64,000 nt of DNA, from the NCBI GenBank assembly GCA_963677435.1, contig OY781945.1:192001-256000 (forward strand), given 5' to 3'. The stretch is from an uncultured Aliarcobacter sp. (GTDB lineage Bacteria; Campylobacterota; Campylobacteria; Campylobacterales; Arcobacteraceae). Position numbers and translations under genes: made by a program. Positions 39,531 through 50,079 of the stretch are shown here, piece by piece; the first letter of the stretch is position 1, and each line of letters starts with the position of its first letter. Below the pieces are notes generated by a model that had not been told where the DNA came from, did not search any database, and saw only the letters and a program-made list of their open reading frames with translations.

Positions 39531-40958
39531 ATGTTTGAAGTAATTATAGGATTAGAAGTACATGTACAATTAAATACAAATAGTAAACTTTTTTGCTCAT
39601 GTGCCACAAGTTTCGGAGAAGAACCAAACACGAATGTATGTCCAACTTGTTTAGGATTACCAGGAGCACTTCCTTCTCTAAATAAGGAAGCAGTTCATAA
39701 AGCAATTATGCTAGGAACTGCACTTAAAGCACAAATAAATCAAAAATCAGTATTTAATAGAAAGAACTACTTCTATCCAGATTTACCAAATGGTTATCAA
39801 ATCTCTCAATTTGAAGTTCCTGTTGTAGGACTTGGTGAATTAGTAATTGATTTTCCAGATGGTAGACAAAAAACTATTGGAGTTACAAGAGCACACTTAG
39901 AAAATGATGCAGGGAAAAATATCCACGCAGGAAGTGTTTCTCAAGTTGATTTAAATAGAGCAGGAACTCCACTACTTGAAATCGTTTCTGAACCTGATAT
40001 GAGAAATGCAGAAGAAGCTATTTTATACTTAAAAAAACTACACTCGATTGTGAGATATTTAGGTATTAGTGATGCTAATATGCAAGAGGGTTCATTTAGA
40101 TGTGATGTAAATGTTTCAATAAGACCAAAAGGTGATAAAAACCTTTATACAAGATGTGAAATAAAAAATATGAACTCGTTTAAATTTATTGAAAAAGCAA
40201 TTGCTTATGAAGTAAATAGACACATGGAAGCATGGGAAGACGGTATTCATTCAACTGAAATTGTTCAAGAAACAAGACTTTTTGATCCAAATAGTGGAGA
40301 GACAAGATCAATGAGAGGAAAAGAAGATGCTGCTGATTATAGATATTTTCCAGATCCAGACCTTTTACCTGTAATTATTACAGATGAAATGCTTGCTAAA
40401 TATTCAGTAATTCCAGAACTTCCTGATGAGAAAAAAGAGAGATTTGTAAAAGATTTCGGCCTTAAAGAGTATGATGCTTCTGTTATTACAGCATCTCTTG
40501 AAATGGCTAAATATTTTGATGAAATGATGTCAGAGGGAATTAGTGCAAAAAATGCTACAACTTGGTTAACTGTTGAATTATTAGCAAGACTAAAAGAGGG
40601 TGCTTCACTTGAAGAATCGATTATTGATGCAAAAACTTTAGCAACTCTTGTAAAAAGAATTGAAGATAATACAATATCTGGAAAAGCAGCAAAAGAAGTA
40701 CTAGATTTCCTAATAGAAAATGAATCAACAGATGTTGATACAGCCATTGAAAAATTAGGCCTTAAACAAGTATCTGATGATGGTGCGCTGTTGGCTATTA
40801 TTGACTCAATACTTGCAGCAAATCAAGATAAAGTAGCTGAATATAAATCAGGTAAAGATAAGCTATTTGGTTTCTTTGTAGGTCAAACTATGAAAGAATC
40901 AAAAGGTAGTGCAAATCCTGCTAAAGTAAATGACCTATTAAAACAAAGATTATCTTAA
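39531..40958 (+). CDS. gatB: Asp/Glu-tRNA amidotransferase subunit B
   Basis: [42 protein letters not shown]. Confidence 0.97.
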   Translation: MFEVIIGLEVHVQLNTNSKLFCSCATSFGEEPNTNVCPTCLGLPGALPSLNKEAVHKAIMLGTALKAQINQKSVFNRKNYFYPDLPNGYQISQFEVPVVGLGELVIDFPDGRQKTIGVTRAHLENDAGKNIHAGSVSQVDLNRAGTPLLEIVSEPDMRNAEEAILYLKKLHSIVRYLGISDANMQEGSFRCDVNVSIRPKGDKNLYTRCEIKNMNSFKFIEKAIAYEVNRHMEAWEDGIHSTEIVQETRLFDPNSGETRSMRGKEDAADYRYFPDPDLLPVIITDEMLAKYSVIPELPDEKKERFVKDFGLKEYDASVITASLEMAKYFDEMMSEGISAKNATTWLTVELLARLKEGASLEESIIDAKTLATLVKRIEDNTISGKAAKEVLDFLIENESTDVDTAIEKLGLKQVSDDGALLAIIDSILAANQDKVAEYKSGKDKLFGFFVGQTMKESKGSANPAKVNDLLKQRLS

Positions 40959-41854
40959 TGAAAAATAACTCTATTGCAGTAATTGGTGCGGGGAAATGGG
41001 GACAAGCTCTTCATTTTGCACTTTCTCAAAAACAAAAATGTTTAATAAGTTCTAGAACTCCTAGAGATATTGAAAACTTTGTTGATTTAAAAACTGCTTT
41101 AGAGTGTAAATACTTAATCATTGCAATTCCTGCCCAAGAGATTAGGTCTTGGTTAAAAGAAAACTTTGTTTTTTCTGGCCAAAAAATTCTCGTAGCCTCA
41201 AAAGGAATTGAAGCTTCAAGCGGAGAATTTCTAAATGAAATTTATTCTGATTTTGTAGTAGATAAAAATATAGGTTTTATTTCTGGGCCATCATTTGCAG
41301 CAGAAGTTATAAAAGGACTTCCTTGTGCTTTAGTTTTGAATTCTACTTCAAAAAAATTATACAAAGAGTTCAAACCTTTTTTCCCAAGTTTTATTAAAAC
41401 TTATTACAGTTCTGATGTTATTGGAGCAGAAGTTGCCGGTGCATATAAAAATGTTTTAGCAATTGCAAGTGGAATTTGTGAAGGGTTAAATCTTGGTAAA
41501 AATGCTCAAGCTTCTTTAATTGCAAGAGGTTTAGTAGAAATGGAAAGATTTGGTAGATTCTTTGGCTCAAAAAAATCAACTTTTTTAGGTTTGAGTGGAG
41601 CAGGAGATCTATTTTTGACTGCAAACTCTACAATGAGTAGAAACTATAGAGTAGGACTTGGTCTTGCTTCAAATAAAAAAATTGATGAAATTTTAAAAGA
41701 ATTAGGTGAAGTGGCAGAGGGTATTAAAACAGCTGATGCCATATATAACCTATCAATTACACATGAAATATATACACCAATTGCAAATGAAGTGAAACTT
41801 ATATTAGATGGTAAAAATCCAAAAGATAGTTTAAAAGATTTATTAAAACATTAA
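40958..41854 (+). CDS. gpsA: NAD(P)H-dependent glycerol-3-phosphate dehydrogenase
   Basis: GAGKWG, SKGIE, SGPSFA, KNVLAIA, GDLFLTA..SRN. Confidence 0.95.
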   Translation: MKNNSIAVIGAGKWGQALHFALSQKQKCLISSRTPRDIENFVDLKTALECKYLIIAIPAQEIRSWLKENFVFSGQKILVASKGIEASSGEFLNEIYSDFVVDKNIGFISGPSFAAEVIKGLPCALVLNSTSKKLYKEFKPFFPSFIKTYYSSDVIGAEVAGAYKNVLAIASGICEGLNLGKNAQASLIARGLVEMERFGRFFGSKKSTFLGLSGAGDLFLTANSTMSRNYRVGLGLASNKKIDEILKELGEVAEGIKTADAIYNLSITHEIYTPIANEVKLILDGKNPKDSLKDLLKH

Positions 41855-41863
41855 TTATAAATT

Positions 41864-42574
41864 ATGAATAAATTTATAATTACACTTAGTTTTATTTTAG
41901 TTGCAACAGTTCATTTAATAGTTATCTATCTATTAAAAGCAGATAAAATTGAGCAAAATCAACAGCAATCAAGTACTATTATCTCATTACAACTTTCAAA
42001 TATACAAACAAAAAAAGAAGTATTAAAAGAAGAAATTGTAACTCAAAAAGAGATTATAAAACCAAAAAATGAATCTAAAATAATAAAACAAATAGAAAAA
42101 CCAGTTGAAGCCAAAAAAGAGATTACAAAACATAGTATTACTCCTCTTGTTTCAAAAGAATCAATAAAAGAAAATTCTCAAATGAATATGACTCAAGAAG
42201 TAAAAGAAGTAGAAAATAGTAATTTGCAAGATGAAATTAAAAAAAATCTAATTTCACAAAATCAAATAGATAAAGAAGAAATCTTTATCCAAAACTATAT
42301 GTCAAAATTAAGAGAAGAGATAAACAAAAATAAAAATTATCCTATTATCTCAAGAAAATTAAAAGAAGAAGGTAAAGTAATAGTTAGCTTTAGAGTCCAA
42401 AAAAGTGGCTTATTTGATAATATAAAGCTAAAACACTCGTGTAATATCAAAAGACTAGATGAAGCAGCTTTAAACGCTTTATATGAGACAAAAAAGTATA
42501 AAGCTTTTGATAAAGATATAAATAAAGAGTATCTAGATTTTGATGTTCCATTAGAATTTGTTGTAATAAATTAA
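41864..42574 (+). CDS. Energy transducer TonB-family protein
   Basis: N-terminal TM with His, charged linker, YP..SRKLKEEGKV, LDEAAL. Confidence 0.85.
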   Translation: MNKFIITLSFILVATVHLIVIYLLKADKIEQNQQQSSTIISLQLSNIQTKKEVLKEEIVTQKEIIKPKNESKIIKQIEKPVEAKKEITKHSITPLVSKESIKENSQMNMTQEVKEVENSNLQDEIKKNLISQNQIDKEEIFIQNYMSKLREEINKNKNYPIISRKLKEEGKVIVSFRVQKSGLFDNIKLKHSCNIKRLDEAALNALYETKKYKAFDKDINKEYLDFDVPLEFVVIN

Positions 42575-42644
42575 AAATAAATGTTATTTAGCTTTTACAA
42601 TGTTTTAGCTAAAGTACATATACAAATAGTAAAAAGGAATAAAA

Positions 42645-43631
42645 ATGAAAGCTTTTGTAGTTGAAAAAATTGGAGAAAATGAGTTTGTATCAGAAGTACA
42701 AGATATAAAAACTCCAAAATGTGAAGAGAATGAAGTTGTAATAAAAGTAACTTACTCTTCACTAAATTATAAAGATGCATTGAGCTCTATTGGAAATCCA
42801 GGAGTTACTAGAAATTTCCCACATGTTACAGGAATAGATGTAGCAGGAACTGTTTATGAATCAACTTCACCAATATTTAAAGTAGGTGAACGAGTTTTAG
42901 TAACTGGTTATGATATGGGAATGAATTCAGATGGAGGACATGCACAATTTGTAAAAATACCTGCATCTTGGGTTGCAAGAATTCCTGATTCAATTTCAGA
43001 TAAAGAGATTATGACTTTTGGAACAGCTGGATTAACAGCAGCACTAAGTGTAAATGAACTAATTGAAAATGGTATAAAACCTGAAAGTGGAGATATCTTA
43101 GTAACAGGTGCAACAGGTGGAGTAGGTTCAATTGCAATAGCCATTTTAAGTAAATTGGGTTATACAATAACTGCAATTTCAGGGAAAAAAGAGAGGGTTG
43201 AATTCTTAAAAAAAATTGGTGCAAATGAAGTAGTATCAAGAGAAGAGTTCGAAGTTGAGTCTACAAAACCAATGCTGAGTGAAAAATACTCTGGAGTAAT
43301 TGATACAGTAGGTGGAAAAATATTAGCTAATGCACTTAAACAAGTGAAATATGATGGAATAGTTACTTGTTGTGGACTTACTTCTTCTTTTGAATTAAAT
43401 ACAAATGTATTTCCATTTATTTTAAGAGGTGTAAGACTAATAGGAATTGATTCCGTTGAATGTAAATTAGAAAAGAAACAAGCTGCTTGGGAAAAACTAG
43501 CTAGTAGATGGAAAATAAACAGTCTTAATACAATAGTAAATGAGATTTCACTATATGAAATAAAATCTACTTATGAACTTTTATTATCAGGAAAAGCCGT
43601 AGGAAGATATGTAGTGAAAATAACAGAGTAG
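42645..43631 (+). CDS. YhdH/YhfP (AcuI-like) NADPH quinone/enoyl reductase
   Basis: YSSLNYKDAL, GTAGLTA, VTGATGGVGS, PFILRGVRLIGIDS. Confidence 0.92.
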   Translation: MKAFVVEKIGENEFVSEVQDIKTPKCEENEVVIKVTYSSLNYKDALSSIGNPGVTRNFPHVTGIDVAGTVYESTSPIFKVGERVLVTGYDMGMNSDGGHAQFVKIPASWVARIPDSISDKEIMTFGTAGLTAALSVNELIENGIKPESGDILVTGATGGVGSIAIAILSKLGYTITAISGKKERVEFLKKIGANEVVSREEFEVESTKPMLSEKYSGVIDTVGGKILANALKQVKYDGIVTCCGLTSSFELNTNVFPFILRGVRLIGIDSVECKLEKKQAAWEKLASRWKINSLNTIVNEISLYEIKSTYELLLSGKAVGRYVVKITE

Positions 43632-43639
43632 ATTAAAAC

Positions 43640-44122
43640 TTAATCTACTACAATCTCACCATTTTCTACTTGTAAACTATAAGGTGTATCCTTACCTGAA
43701 TATAGGATTTTAGCTTGTTCAACCCATTGGTTAGCTCTTGCAATACCTGGAAGTAATAAAAACTCTTCAATCCATTCAGAATTTTTATTTGACCATTTTG
43801 AAATTTGTTCAAAATGGTAAATTCCTAAATTATTCAAATCACTTTCAATTTTTTTATCTATACCTTTAATTTTTGTTAAGGCATCTTTACCAGATAACTT
43901 TGGACAACTTAAAATTAGTGGTTTAAAATCTAAAGTTGAATTCTTTTTAAATATAGGATTAATAGAGTGTTTTACTTTTTCATCTCTTGATTCATCGCAA
44001 TTATTATTCCTAATAGATTTAATTTTAGGAGAGTTATTTTTACCAACTAGATAACCTATAATAAATCCTATAATTACAGCAAGCAACAAATTCACAACAA
44101 TTAATGATGCAATTTCAAACAT
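43640..44122 (-). CDS. Membrane-anchored protein with COG3743-like helix-hairpin-helix domain
   Basis: N-terminal TM LLLAVIIGFIIGY, then DALTKIKGI...GIYHFEQI..W...WVEQAK. Confidence 0.75.
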   Translation of the reverse strand: MFEIASLIVVNLLLAVIIGFIIGYLVGKNNSPKIKSIRNNNCDESRDEKVKHSINPIFKKNSTLDFKPLILSCPKLSGKDALTKIKGIDKKIESDLNNLGIYHFEQISKWSNKNSEWIEEFLLLPGIARANQWVEQAKILYSGKDTPYSLQVENGEIVVD

Positions 44123-44124
44123 TT

Positions 44125-45153
44125 TTATTCTCCAATAATATTAAATTCAACTCTTCTGTTAATTTCAGATAATCCATTTTCATCATCTTTAACAAGGGGA
44201 AACTCTTCTCCATAACCAACAGCTGTTAAACGGTCAGCTGATACACCAAGAGATACTAAAACATCTTTAACACTATTTGCTCTTTTTTGTGAAATTTGCT
44301 TATTTAATGCATTTTCACCTCTTGAATCAGTATATCCAGCAATTTCAATTTTAATATTCTGGTTATCTTTTAGTATTTGCGAAATTTTAGTTAAGGTAGA
44401 ATAAGAATCCTCAGTAACTGTAGTACTTCTTCTTTCAAATGTAATCTTTTTATCTGATAAGAGTTTATTAATATTTACTTGTAACTCTTGTTTATTAATA
44501 GTTTTTTTAGTATCTGTACTAGAAACTTTATCATTTGATACTTCACTAGAAATAGAGGTATTATTCTCAAGAGTAGTTGATTCACTTACTAAAGTAGGAT
44601 TTGATATTTTTATATCTTCTGTTATATTAATATTTAATCTTGAGATCATTGATTCTAATAAAGAAGAATAATTTGGATCTTTTAATTCACCAGATAAGAA
44701 AACTTCATTATTAATAATTGATAATTTTGCTCCATCTTCAAAAAAATCTTTTAAAGGTGTTATTAAATTAGCAATTTTACTTACTAAATCTTCATCTATT
44801 ACTATATCTTCTTCATAAGTATATTCACCATCACGATTAATATTTAAAATATCAGATATTATTTTTGTATCTTTTTCACTAGAAAAAATACCATCCATAA
44901 CAAGCATTCCATCCTTTTTTGTTAAGACAAAACTAAAAGGCTTAGTTTGCTTATCATCTGAAGAATCAAACATATTAATAATTTTATCAACAAAGCCTAT
45001 TTCAAAAACTTTATTTTGCTTTTTATCAGAATTTAAAACTACTGTTTTCTCATTTAAAGCTGAATCATAATCAAATGTATAAACGGAATATACTATAAAT
45101 CCAAGTAATAAAACTACTAAGAAAACTACCTTTTTGACAAGAGACATCACCAT
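44125..45153 (-). CDS. OmpA C-domain peptidoglycan-binding protein with N-terminal anchor and BON-like region
   Basis: IAGYTDSRG..N..ISQKRA, GYGEE.P, NRRVEF. Confidence 0.85.
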   Translation of the reverse strand: MVMSLVKKVVFLVVLLLGFIVYSVYTFDYDSALNEKTVVLNSDKKQNKVFEIGFVDKIINMFDSSDDKQTKPFSFVLTKKDGMLVMDGIFSSEKDTKIISDILNINRDGEYTYEEDIVIDEDLVSKIANLITPLKDFFEDGAKLSIINNEVFLSGELKDPNYSSLLESMISRLNINITEDIKISNPTLVSESTTLENNTSISSEVSNDKVSSTDTKKTINKQELQVNINKLLSDKKITFERRSTTVTEDSYSTLTKISQILKDNQNIKIEIAGYTDSRGENALNKQISQKRANSVKDVLVSLGVSADRLTAVGYGEEFPLVKDDENGLSEINRRVEFNIIGE

Positions 45154-45324
45154 CCTTTTATATAACTATTTTTATTATATTTATTACTTGCTAACTATTG
45201 ATTTAAAATTCATTATTATACATTATAAGTGAAAAAATAACTAGAATTTTAGTTGATATATTGAAATTAATTTAATAAATTAATTAATTTGTTATAATTA
45301 CATAGAAAACAAAAAGAGTATAAA

Positions 45325-46542
45325 ATGCAACACATCATAAATTCAGCTCAAACTTGTCTAGATTGTAAAAAGCCTAAATGTCAAACAGGCTGTCCAGTTA
45401 GCACCCCAATTGCAGAAATGATTAGACTTTTTTTAAGTGGAAATATCAAAGATGCAGGGGAATTAGTATTTAATAATAATCCTTTATCTATTGTTTGTTC
45501 TTTAGTTTGTCCACATGAAAAACATTGTGAAGGACATTGTGTTTTAAATAAAAAATCAACTCCTGTGAATGTGGGTGGAATTGAGAATTATATTTCTACA
45601 TATTATATGAATTATAGAGAGTTTGAAAAAGCACCTCAAAATGGTAGAAATTTAGCAATCATTGGTTCAGGACCAGCAGGAATTAGTCTTGCAATGATAA
45701 TGGCTTTAAAAGGTTACAATGTAACTATGTACGAAGGTAATAATCAAATTGGTGGTGTTTTAAGATATGGTATTCCAGATTTTAGACTTGACAAAACTAT
45801 TTTGGACACAATAGAAGATAAACTAAAAAAAGTTGGTGTTAAAATTAGAAAAAATATCATGATAGGTAAAAACATAACCCTAGATGATTTACAAAGAGAT
45901 GGTTTTGATGCAATATTTATAGGAACAGGAGTTTGGGCTCCAAAGAAACTTGGAATAAAAGGTGAAAGTCTTGGAAATGTTCACTTTGCAATTGATTATC
46001 TAAAAACTCCAAAAGCTTATGATTTAGGTAAAAAAGTTGTTGTAATTGGTGCTGGAAATGTTGCTATGGATGTTGCAAGAACTGCCATAAGAAATGGTGC
46101 AAATGATGTTTCACTAATGTATAGAAAAGGGGAAGAAGATATGCATGCAGAAAAAATGGAAATAGATCATGCAAAAATAGATGGTGTAAAATTTAATCTT
46201 CACAAATTACCTTTAGAATTGACAGAAAAAGGTATTAGATATATGACAACAAACCAAGAAATAGACAGAGAAAGTTTTGAAGAAGCTGATTCTATTTTAA
46301 TTGCTATTAGTCAAACAGCAAGGGATTTAATCGTAAGAAACAATACGGGATTATCTTTAGGTGAAAATGGACTACTTCAAAGTGATGAAAATGGAATAAC
46401 AGCTAGAAAAGGTGTATTTGCTTCGGGGGATGTGGTTACAGGTGCTAGAACTGTTGTAGAAGCCGTTGCATTCTCTAAAAGAGTTGCTGTATCTATTGAA
46501 GAGTTTATTTCTAAACTTCCACCCAAAACAGTAGCTTCTTAA
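45325..46542 (+). CDS. GltD/SudA-like NAD(P)H:Fe-S oxidoreductase
   Basis: CLDCKKPKCQTGCP, CSLVCP..CEGHC, GSGPAG, GAGNVAMD, GDVVTG. Confidence 0.88.
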   Translation: MQHIINSAQTCLDCKKPKCQTGCPVSTPIAEMIRLFLSGNIKDAGELVFNNNPLSIVCSLVCPHEKHCEGHCVLNKKSTPVNVGGIENYISTYYMNYREFEKAPQNGRNLAIIGSGPAGISLAMIMALKGYNVTMYEGNNQIGGVLRYGIPDFRLDKTILDTIEDKLKKVGVKIRKNIMIGKNITLDDLQRDGFDAIFIGTGVWAPKKLGIKGESLGNVHFAIDYLKTPKAYDLGKKVVVIGAGNVAMDVARTAIRNGANDVSLMYRKGEEDMHAEKMEIDHAKIDGVKFNLHKLPLELTEKGIRYMTTNQEIDRESFEEADSILIAISQTARDLIVRNNTGLSLGENGLLQSDENGITARKGVFASGDVVTGARTVVEAVAFSKRVAVSIEEFISKLPPKTVAS

Positions 46543-46799
46543 GCTTCTGTTTTTAAAAGTTCTATCCAGAAATATTTGTTCGCATTTCCTTTTTCAACTG
46601 GTTTCCAACCATAAGTTACAGAGTGTAAATATAAAATATCATTTAATATTTTAAAAGTTATCTCTTTAGATACATTTTTACCTAGAACTTCTGTAAAAAT
46701 TGCATAAATATGATTTTCATCTTCTTCAATTTTATAAATTCCATCTTCTAAATTTTCAAATTGAATATTTATAAACTCTTTAATTCTATCTTTTGACAT
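46539..46799 (-). CDS. Hypothetical protein
   Basis: 86-aa ORF with AAGGA RBS and normal codon usage. Confidence 0.7.
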   Translation of the reverse strand: MSKDRIKEFINIQFENLEDGIYKIEEDENHIYAIFTEVLGKNVSKEITFKILNDILYLHSVTYGWKPVEKGNANKYFWIELLKTEA

Positions 46800-46864
46800 A
46801 ATAATCCTTTTAATTTTGAAGTTCGTATTCTAGGATTTTAAAGCTTACAAAACATAAACTAGTA

Positions 46865-46878
46865 TTGATTTGTATCAA
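46865..46878. promoter_or_regulatory. Crp/Fnr-family (FNR/Nss/HcpR-type) binding site upstream of hcp
   Basis: Perfect TTGAT-TTGT-ATCAA, followed by TATAAT at about 46901. Confidence 0.85.
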
Positions 46879-46935
46879 TGTATCACATCTGTTAAAACCA
46901 TATAATCTCTCAAAAATTTAAAAGGATGTTATATT

Positions 46936-48261
46936 ATGAGTATGTTTTGTTATCAATGTGAAATGAGTCAAAAAGGTGGATGTGGAAGCAGTGGTGCAGT
47001 TGTAGGAACTTGCGGGAAAGATGAAAATTTATCAAGATTACAAGATATTATGATTTTTGGTTTAAAAGGTCTTAGTGCATATAGAGAGCATTTAAATACT
47101 TTTAAACCAGAACTTACAAAAGAGATTGATGATGTTATGAGTGAAACTCTTTATTTCACACTTACAAATGTAAACTTCAACTTCAACGACCATATCAATC
47201 AACTAATGAAAATAGGACGAGCTGGAAGTTTAGTAATGGATAGATTATCAAATACTCACACGAACAAATTTGGTATTCCAACTCCTGTAACTGTATCTCA
47301 AAATAAAGTTGAAGGAAAAGCTATCTTAGTTTCTGGACATGATTTAGAGATGTTTGAGCGATTGTTAATAGCAACGCAAGATAAAGGAATCAATATTTAT
47401 ACACACTCTGAAATGTTACCAGCTCATGGTTATCCAGAACTTAGAAAATATAAACACCTAAAAGGAAATGTAGGAAAAGCATGGTTTGACCAAGCAAAAC
47501 TAATGGAAAAATTCCCTGGAACTTTTGTTGTAAATACAAATTGTATTGTTCCTCCAAAGAAAAATTGTGGATATTTAGATAGATTATTCACTTACAAAAT
47601 TGTAGGTGTTGAGGGTTCAACTCCAATTGTTGATGATAACTTTGATGCTTTAATCAAAAGAACTTTAGAGTGCGAAGATGCAAATGGAATTGATTTTAAT
47701 GAAGATACAACATTAACAACTGGTCATCATTATAAAACAGTTTTAACTTTAGCTCCACAAATTTTAAAAGCTTTAGAAGAGGGGAAAATTAAACAATTCT
47801 TCGTAGTTGCTGGTTGTGATGCACCAGGGAAAGGTGGAGAATATTATAGAGAATTAACTTCATCTTTACCAAAAGATTGTGTAATCATCACTTCATCTTG
47901 TGGAAAATTTAGATTCAATGATATTGATTTTGGAGAAATTGAAGGAACTGGAATTCCTAGATATTTAGACTTAGGTCAATGTAATGACTCAAATGGTGCA
48001 GTTGAAATTGCAAAAGCTTTAAGCGGAGCATTAAACACTCCAATCAATGATTTACCAATATCAATTGTATTATCGTGGATGGAACAAAAAGCCGTGATTG
48101 TTTTACTTGCTTTATTCTCTTTAGGTGTACAAAATATCTATTTAGGACCAAAACCTCCGCAATTTGTAAATGAAGATATTTTCAACTTCTTAGCTGAAAA
48201 CTTCAATCTAACACTTACAACAAATGCAAAAGATGATTTAGCAAAACTTCTAATAGCATAA
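46936..48261 (+). CDS. hcp: Hybrid cluster protein (hydroxylamine/NO reductase), short form
   Basis: MFCYQC..C..CGK, SGHDL, YTHSEMLPAH, GCD, DLGQCND, SWMEQKA. Confidence 0.95.
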   Translation: MSMFCYQCEMSQKGGCGSSGAVVGTCGKDENLSRLQDIMIFGLKGLSAYREHLNTFKPELTKEIDDVMSETLYFTLTNVNFNFNDHINQLMKIGRAGSLVMDRLSNTHTNKFGIPTPVTVSQNKVEGKAILVSGHDLEMFERLLIATQDKGINIYTHSEMLPAHGYPELRKYKHLKGNVGKAWFDQAKLMEKFPGTFVVNTNCIVPPKKNCGYLDRLFTYKIVGVEGSTPIVDDNFDALIKRTLECEDANGIDFNEDTTLTTGHHYKTVLTLAPQILKALEEGKIKQFFVVAGCDAPGKGGEYYRELTSSLPKDCVIITSSCGKFRFNDIDFGEIEGTGIPRYLDLGQCNDSNGAVEIAKALSGALNTPINDLPISIVLSWMEQKAVIVLLALFSLGVQNIYLGPKPPQFVNEDIFNFLAENFNLTLTTNAKDDLAKLLIA

Positions 48262-48289
48262 AATAAAGGGAATAATTTCCCTTTATTTT
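48260..48289. terminator. Bidirectional terminator between hcp and the CYTH gene
   Basis: AAAATAAAGGGAA-TAAT-TTCCCTTTATTTT. Confidence 0.8.
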
Positions 48290-48753
48290 TGCCAATCTTT
48301 AAATGGATGTTTCATAAGATTTGAGTTGTAATATCTAGCATCAGAGCTTACTTCTTCTTTTACCCAAGAAGGTAAAATTATAGTTTCATCTTCGCTACTT
48401 AGTTCAACTTCAACAACTACTAAACCCTCATTATCACCATAAAAAATATCTAGTTCCCAAGTGTGATTTTCATAATCTATCAAATATCTTGTTTTATCAA
48501 TCACTGGTTTTTGACATAATTTATCTAACATCTCATTTGCTTCATCTAAAGGAATTTCATATTCAAACTCTAATCTTGTAACTCCAATATTTGAGCCTTT
48601 TATAGTTAGATATGCTTTATCATTTTTAACTCGAACTCTTACAACTGCCTCTTTATTTGTTGAAAGATAAGCTTGTTTTATTCTAATTCCATTTTCTAAA
48701 GTGCCAAGTTTTTCTAAATCTACAAGATATTTTCTTTCTATTTCTAAAGCCAT
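48283..48753 (-). CDS. CYTH-domain triphosphatase
   Basis: EIERKYL (ExExK), VRVR, LTIKG, EFEYEI, KTRY. Confidence 0.92.
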   Translation of the reverse strand: MALEIERKYLVDLEKLGTLENGIRIKQAYLSTNKEAVVRVRVKNDKAYLTIKGSNIGVTRLEFEYEIPLDEANEMLDKLCQKPVIDKTRYLIDYENHTWELDIFYGDNEGLVVVEVELSSEDETIILPSWVKEEVSSDARYYNSNLMKHPFKDWQK

Positions 48754-48838
48754 AACTTACCTTTTTTATATTTTATTAATTCTATCAAAACAATTTAATA
48801 TATTTAATTTTGTGCTAAAATTTAAAAAAGGAGTTACG

Positions 48839-49327
48839 ATGAGAAAGATAATTTTAACCCTTGCCTTTATAGGCTTTATATTTGCAAATGAATTACCAGA
48901 AGAGTTTGATAGAGAGATGTATACAAATGGTGAAAAAGTTTTTGAGAATAAGTGTATGCAATGCCATGAAAAATCAATGCCAATTCCACTTCTAATGAAA
49001 AATTTCATAGAAGAAAATAACCAAACTTTAAAACTAAAAGCCCCAACTGGAAATGAAATCTCTTTTAGACTAAAACAGCAAATTGGAAGTAAAGATGATA
49101 TAGAATTCCATCTTATGCAAACCACAGCTTTTGTAAAAGATTATATTATTAATCCAAATAAAGCTAAAACAATCTGTCTTGAAGGTGTAATAAGACACTT
49201 TGATACAATGCCCTCAATGAAAGGTAAAATTGATAATACTCAAATAGAAGAGGTTTCTCACTTTTTATACTTTTTAGAGGGATTTAATGGTGTTAATGAG
49301 TTTTATTTTGATGAAACAAAATTTTAA
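48839..49327 (+). CDS. Periplasmic monoheme c-type cytochrome
   Basis: ATG 48839 behind AAGGAG, signal peptide, CMQCH, distal MP. Confidence 0.85.
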   Translation: MRKIILTLAFIGFIFANELPEEFDREMYTNGEKVFENKCMQCHEKSMPIPLLMKNFIEENNQTLKLKAPTGNEISFRLKQQIGSKDDIEFHLMQTTAFVKDYIINPNKAKTICLEGVIRHFDTMPSMKGKIDNTQIEEVSHFLYFLEGFNGVNEFYFDETKF

Positions 49328-49342
49328 AAAAGGAAATATTTT

Positions 49343-50071
49343 ATGAAAAAGTTTATTTTAACAATGTTATCACTAGTAAGTATATCTTTTGCAAATGGTG
49401 ATGTTACTTACAATATAGATGGAAAAGAGTATCAGGGATATTATAGTCCTGTTTCAAAAACTGCACCACTTGTTTTTATGGTACATGATTGGGATGGAAT
49501 TACTGATTATGAAATAAAAAGAACAAAAATGTTAAATGAATTAGGTTATTCAGTTTTTGCAGTTGATTTATATGGAAAAGGTATAAGACCAACAGAACTT
49601 GAAGATAAAAAAGCCTTAACAAAATCTCTATATTCAAATAGAGAAGAAATGAGAAAAAGATTAAATGCAGGATTTGAAGAAGCAAAAAAATTAGGTGCAA
49701 ATGTGTCAAATACACTTGGAATGGGCTATTGTTTTGGAGGAAGTGCAATTCTTGAAATGGCAAGAAGTGGAGCTAATATGAAAGCTTTTGTTCCTTTTCA
49801 TGGAAACTTAGCAACGCCTGAGGGTGAAGATTATAAAAATACAAAAGGTAAAATCGTAGTATTTCACGGAACTGCAGATACAGTTGTACCCTTTAGCGAA
49901 TTTGCTTCTTTAGCTGTTGAGCTTGAAAAAACAGGAATAAATCATGAAATGACAACTTATAGTGGCGCACCTCATGCTTTTACAGTTTTTGGAGCACCAA
50001 GTTATAGGGAAGATGCAGATAAAAAATCTTGGAAAAGATTTACAGAAGTTTTAGAAGAAACATTAAAATAA
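49343..50071 (+). CDS. Exported dienelactone hydrolase-family protein
   Basis: Signal peptide, HDWDG, GYCFGG, HGTAD, HAFT. Confidence 0.9.
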   Translation: MKKFILTMLSLVSISFANGDVTYNIDGKEYQGYYSPVSKTAPLVFMVHDWDGITDYEIKRTKMLNELGYSVFAVDLYGKGIRPTELEDKKALTKSLYSNREEMRKRLNAGFEEAKKLGANVSNTLGMGYCFGGSAILEMARSGANMKAFVPFHGNLATPEGEDYKNTKGKIVVFHGTADTVVPFSEFASLAVELEKTGINHEMTTYSGAPHAFTVFGAPSYREDADKKSWKRFTEVLEETLK

Positions 50072-50079
50072 ATAAACAA

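Noticed and set aside
48701..48838. N-terminal extensions in the ORF track (also 38656, 50029, 12740, 26782)
   Set aside because: Downstream ATGs have better RBS spacing or begin signal peptides, and several extensions overlap neighbouring genes.
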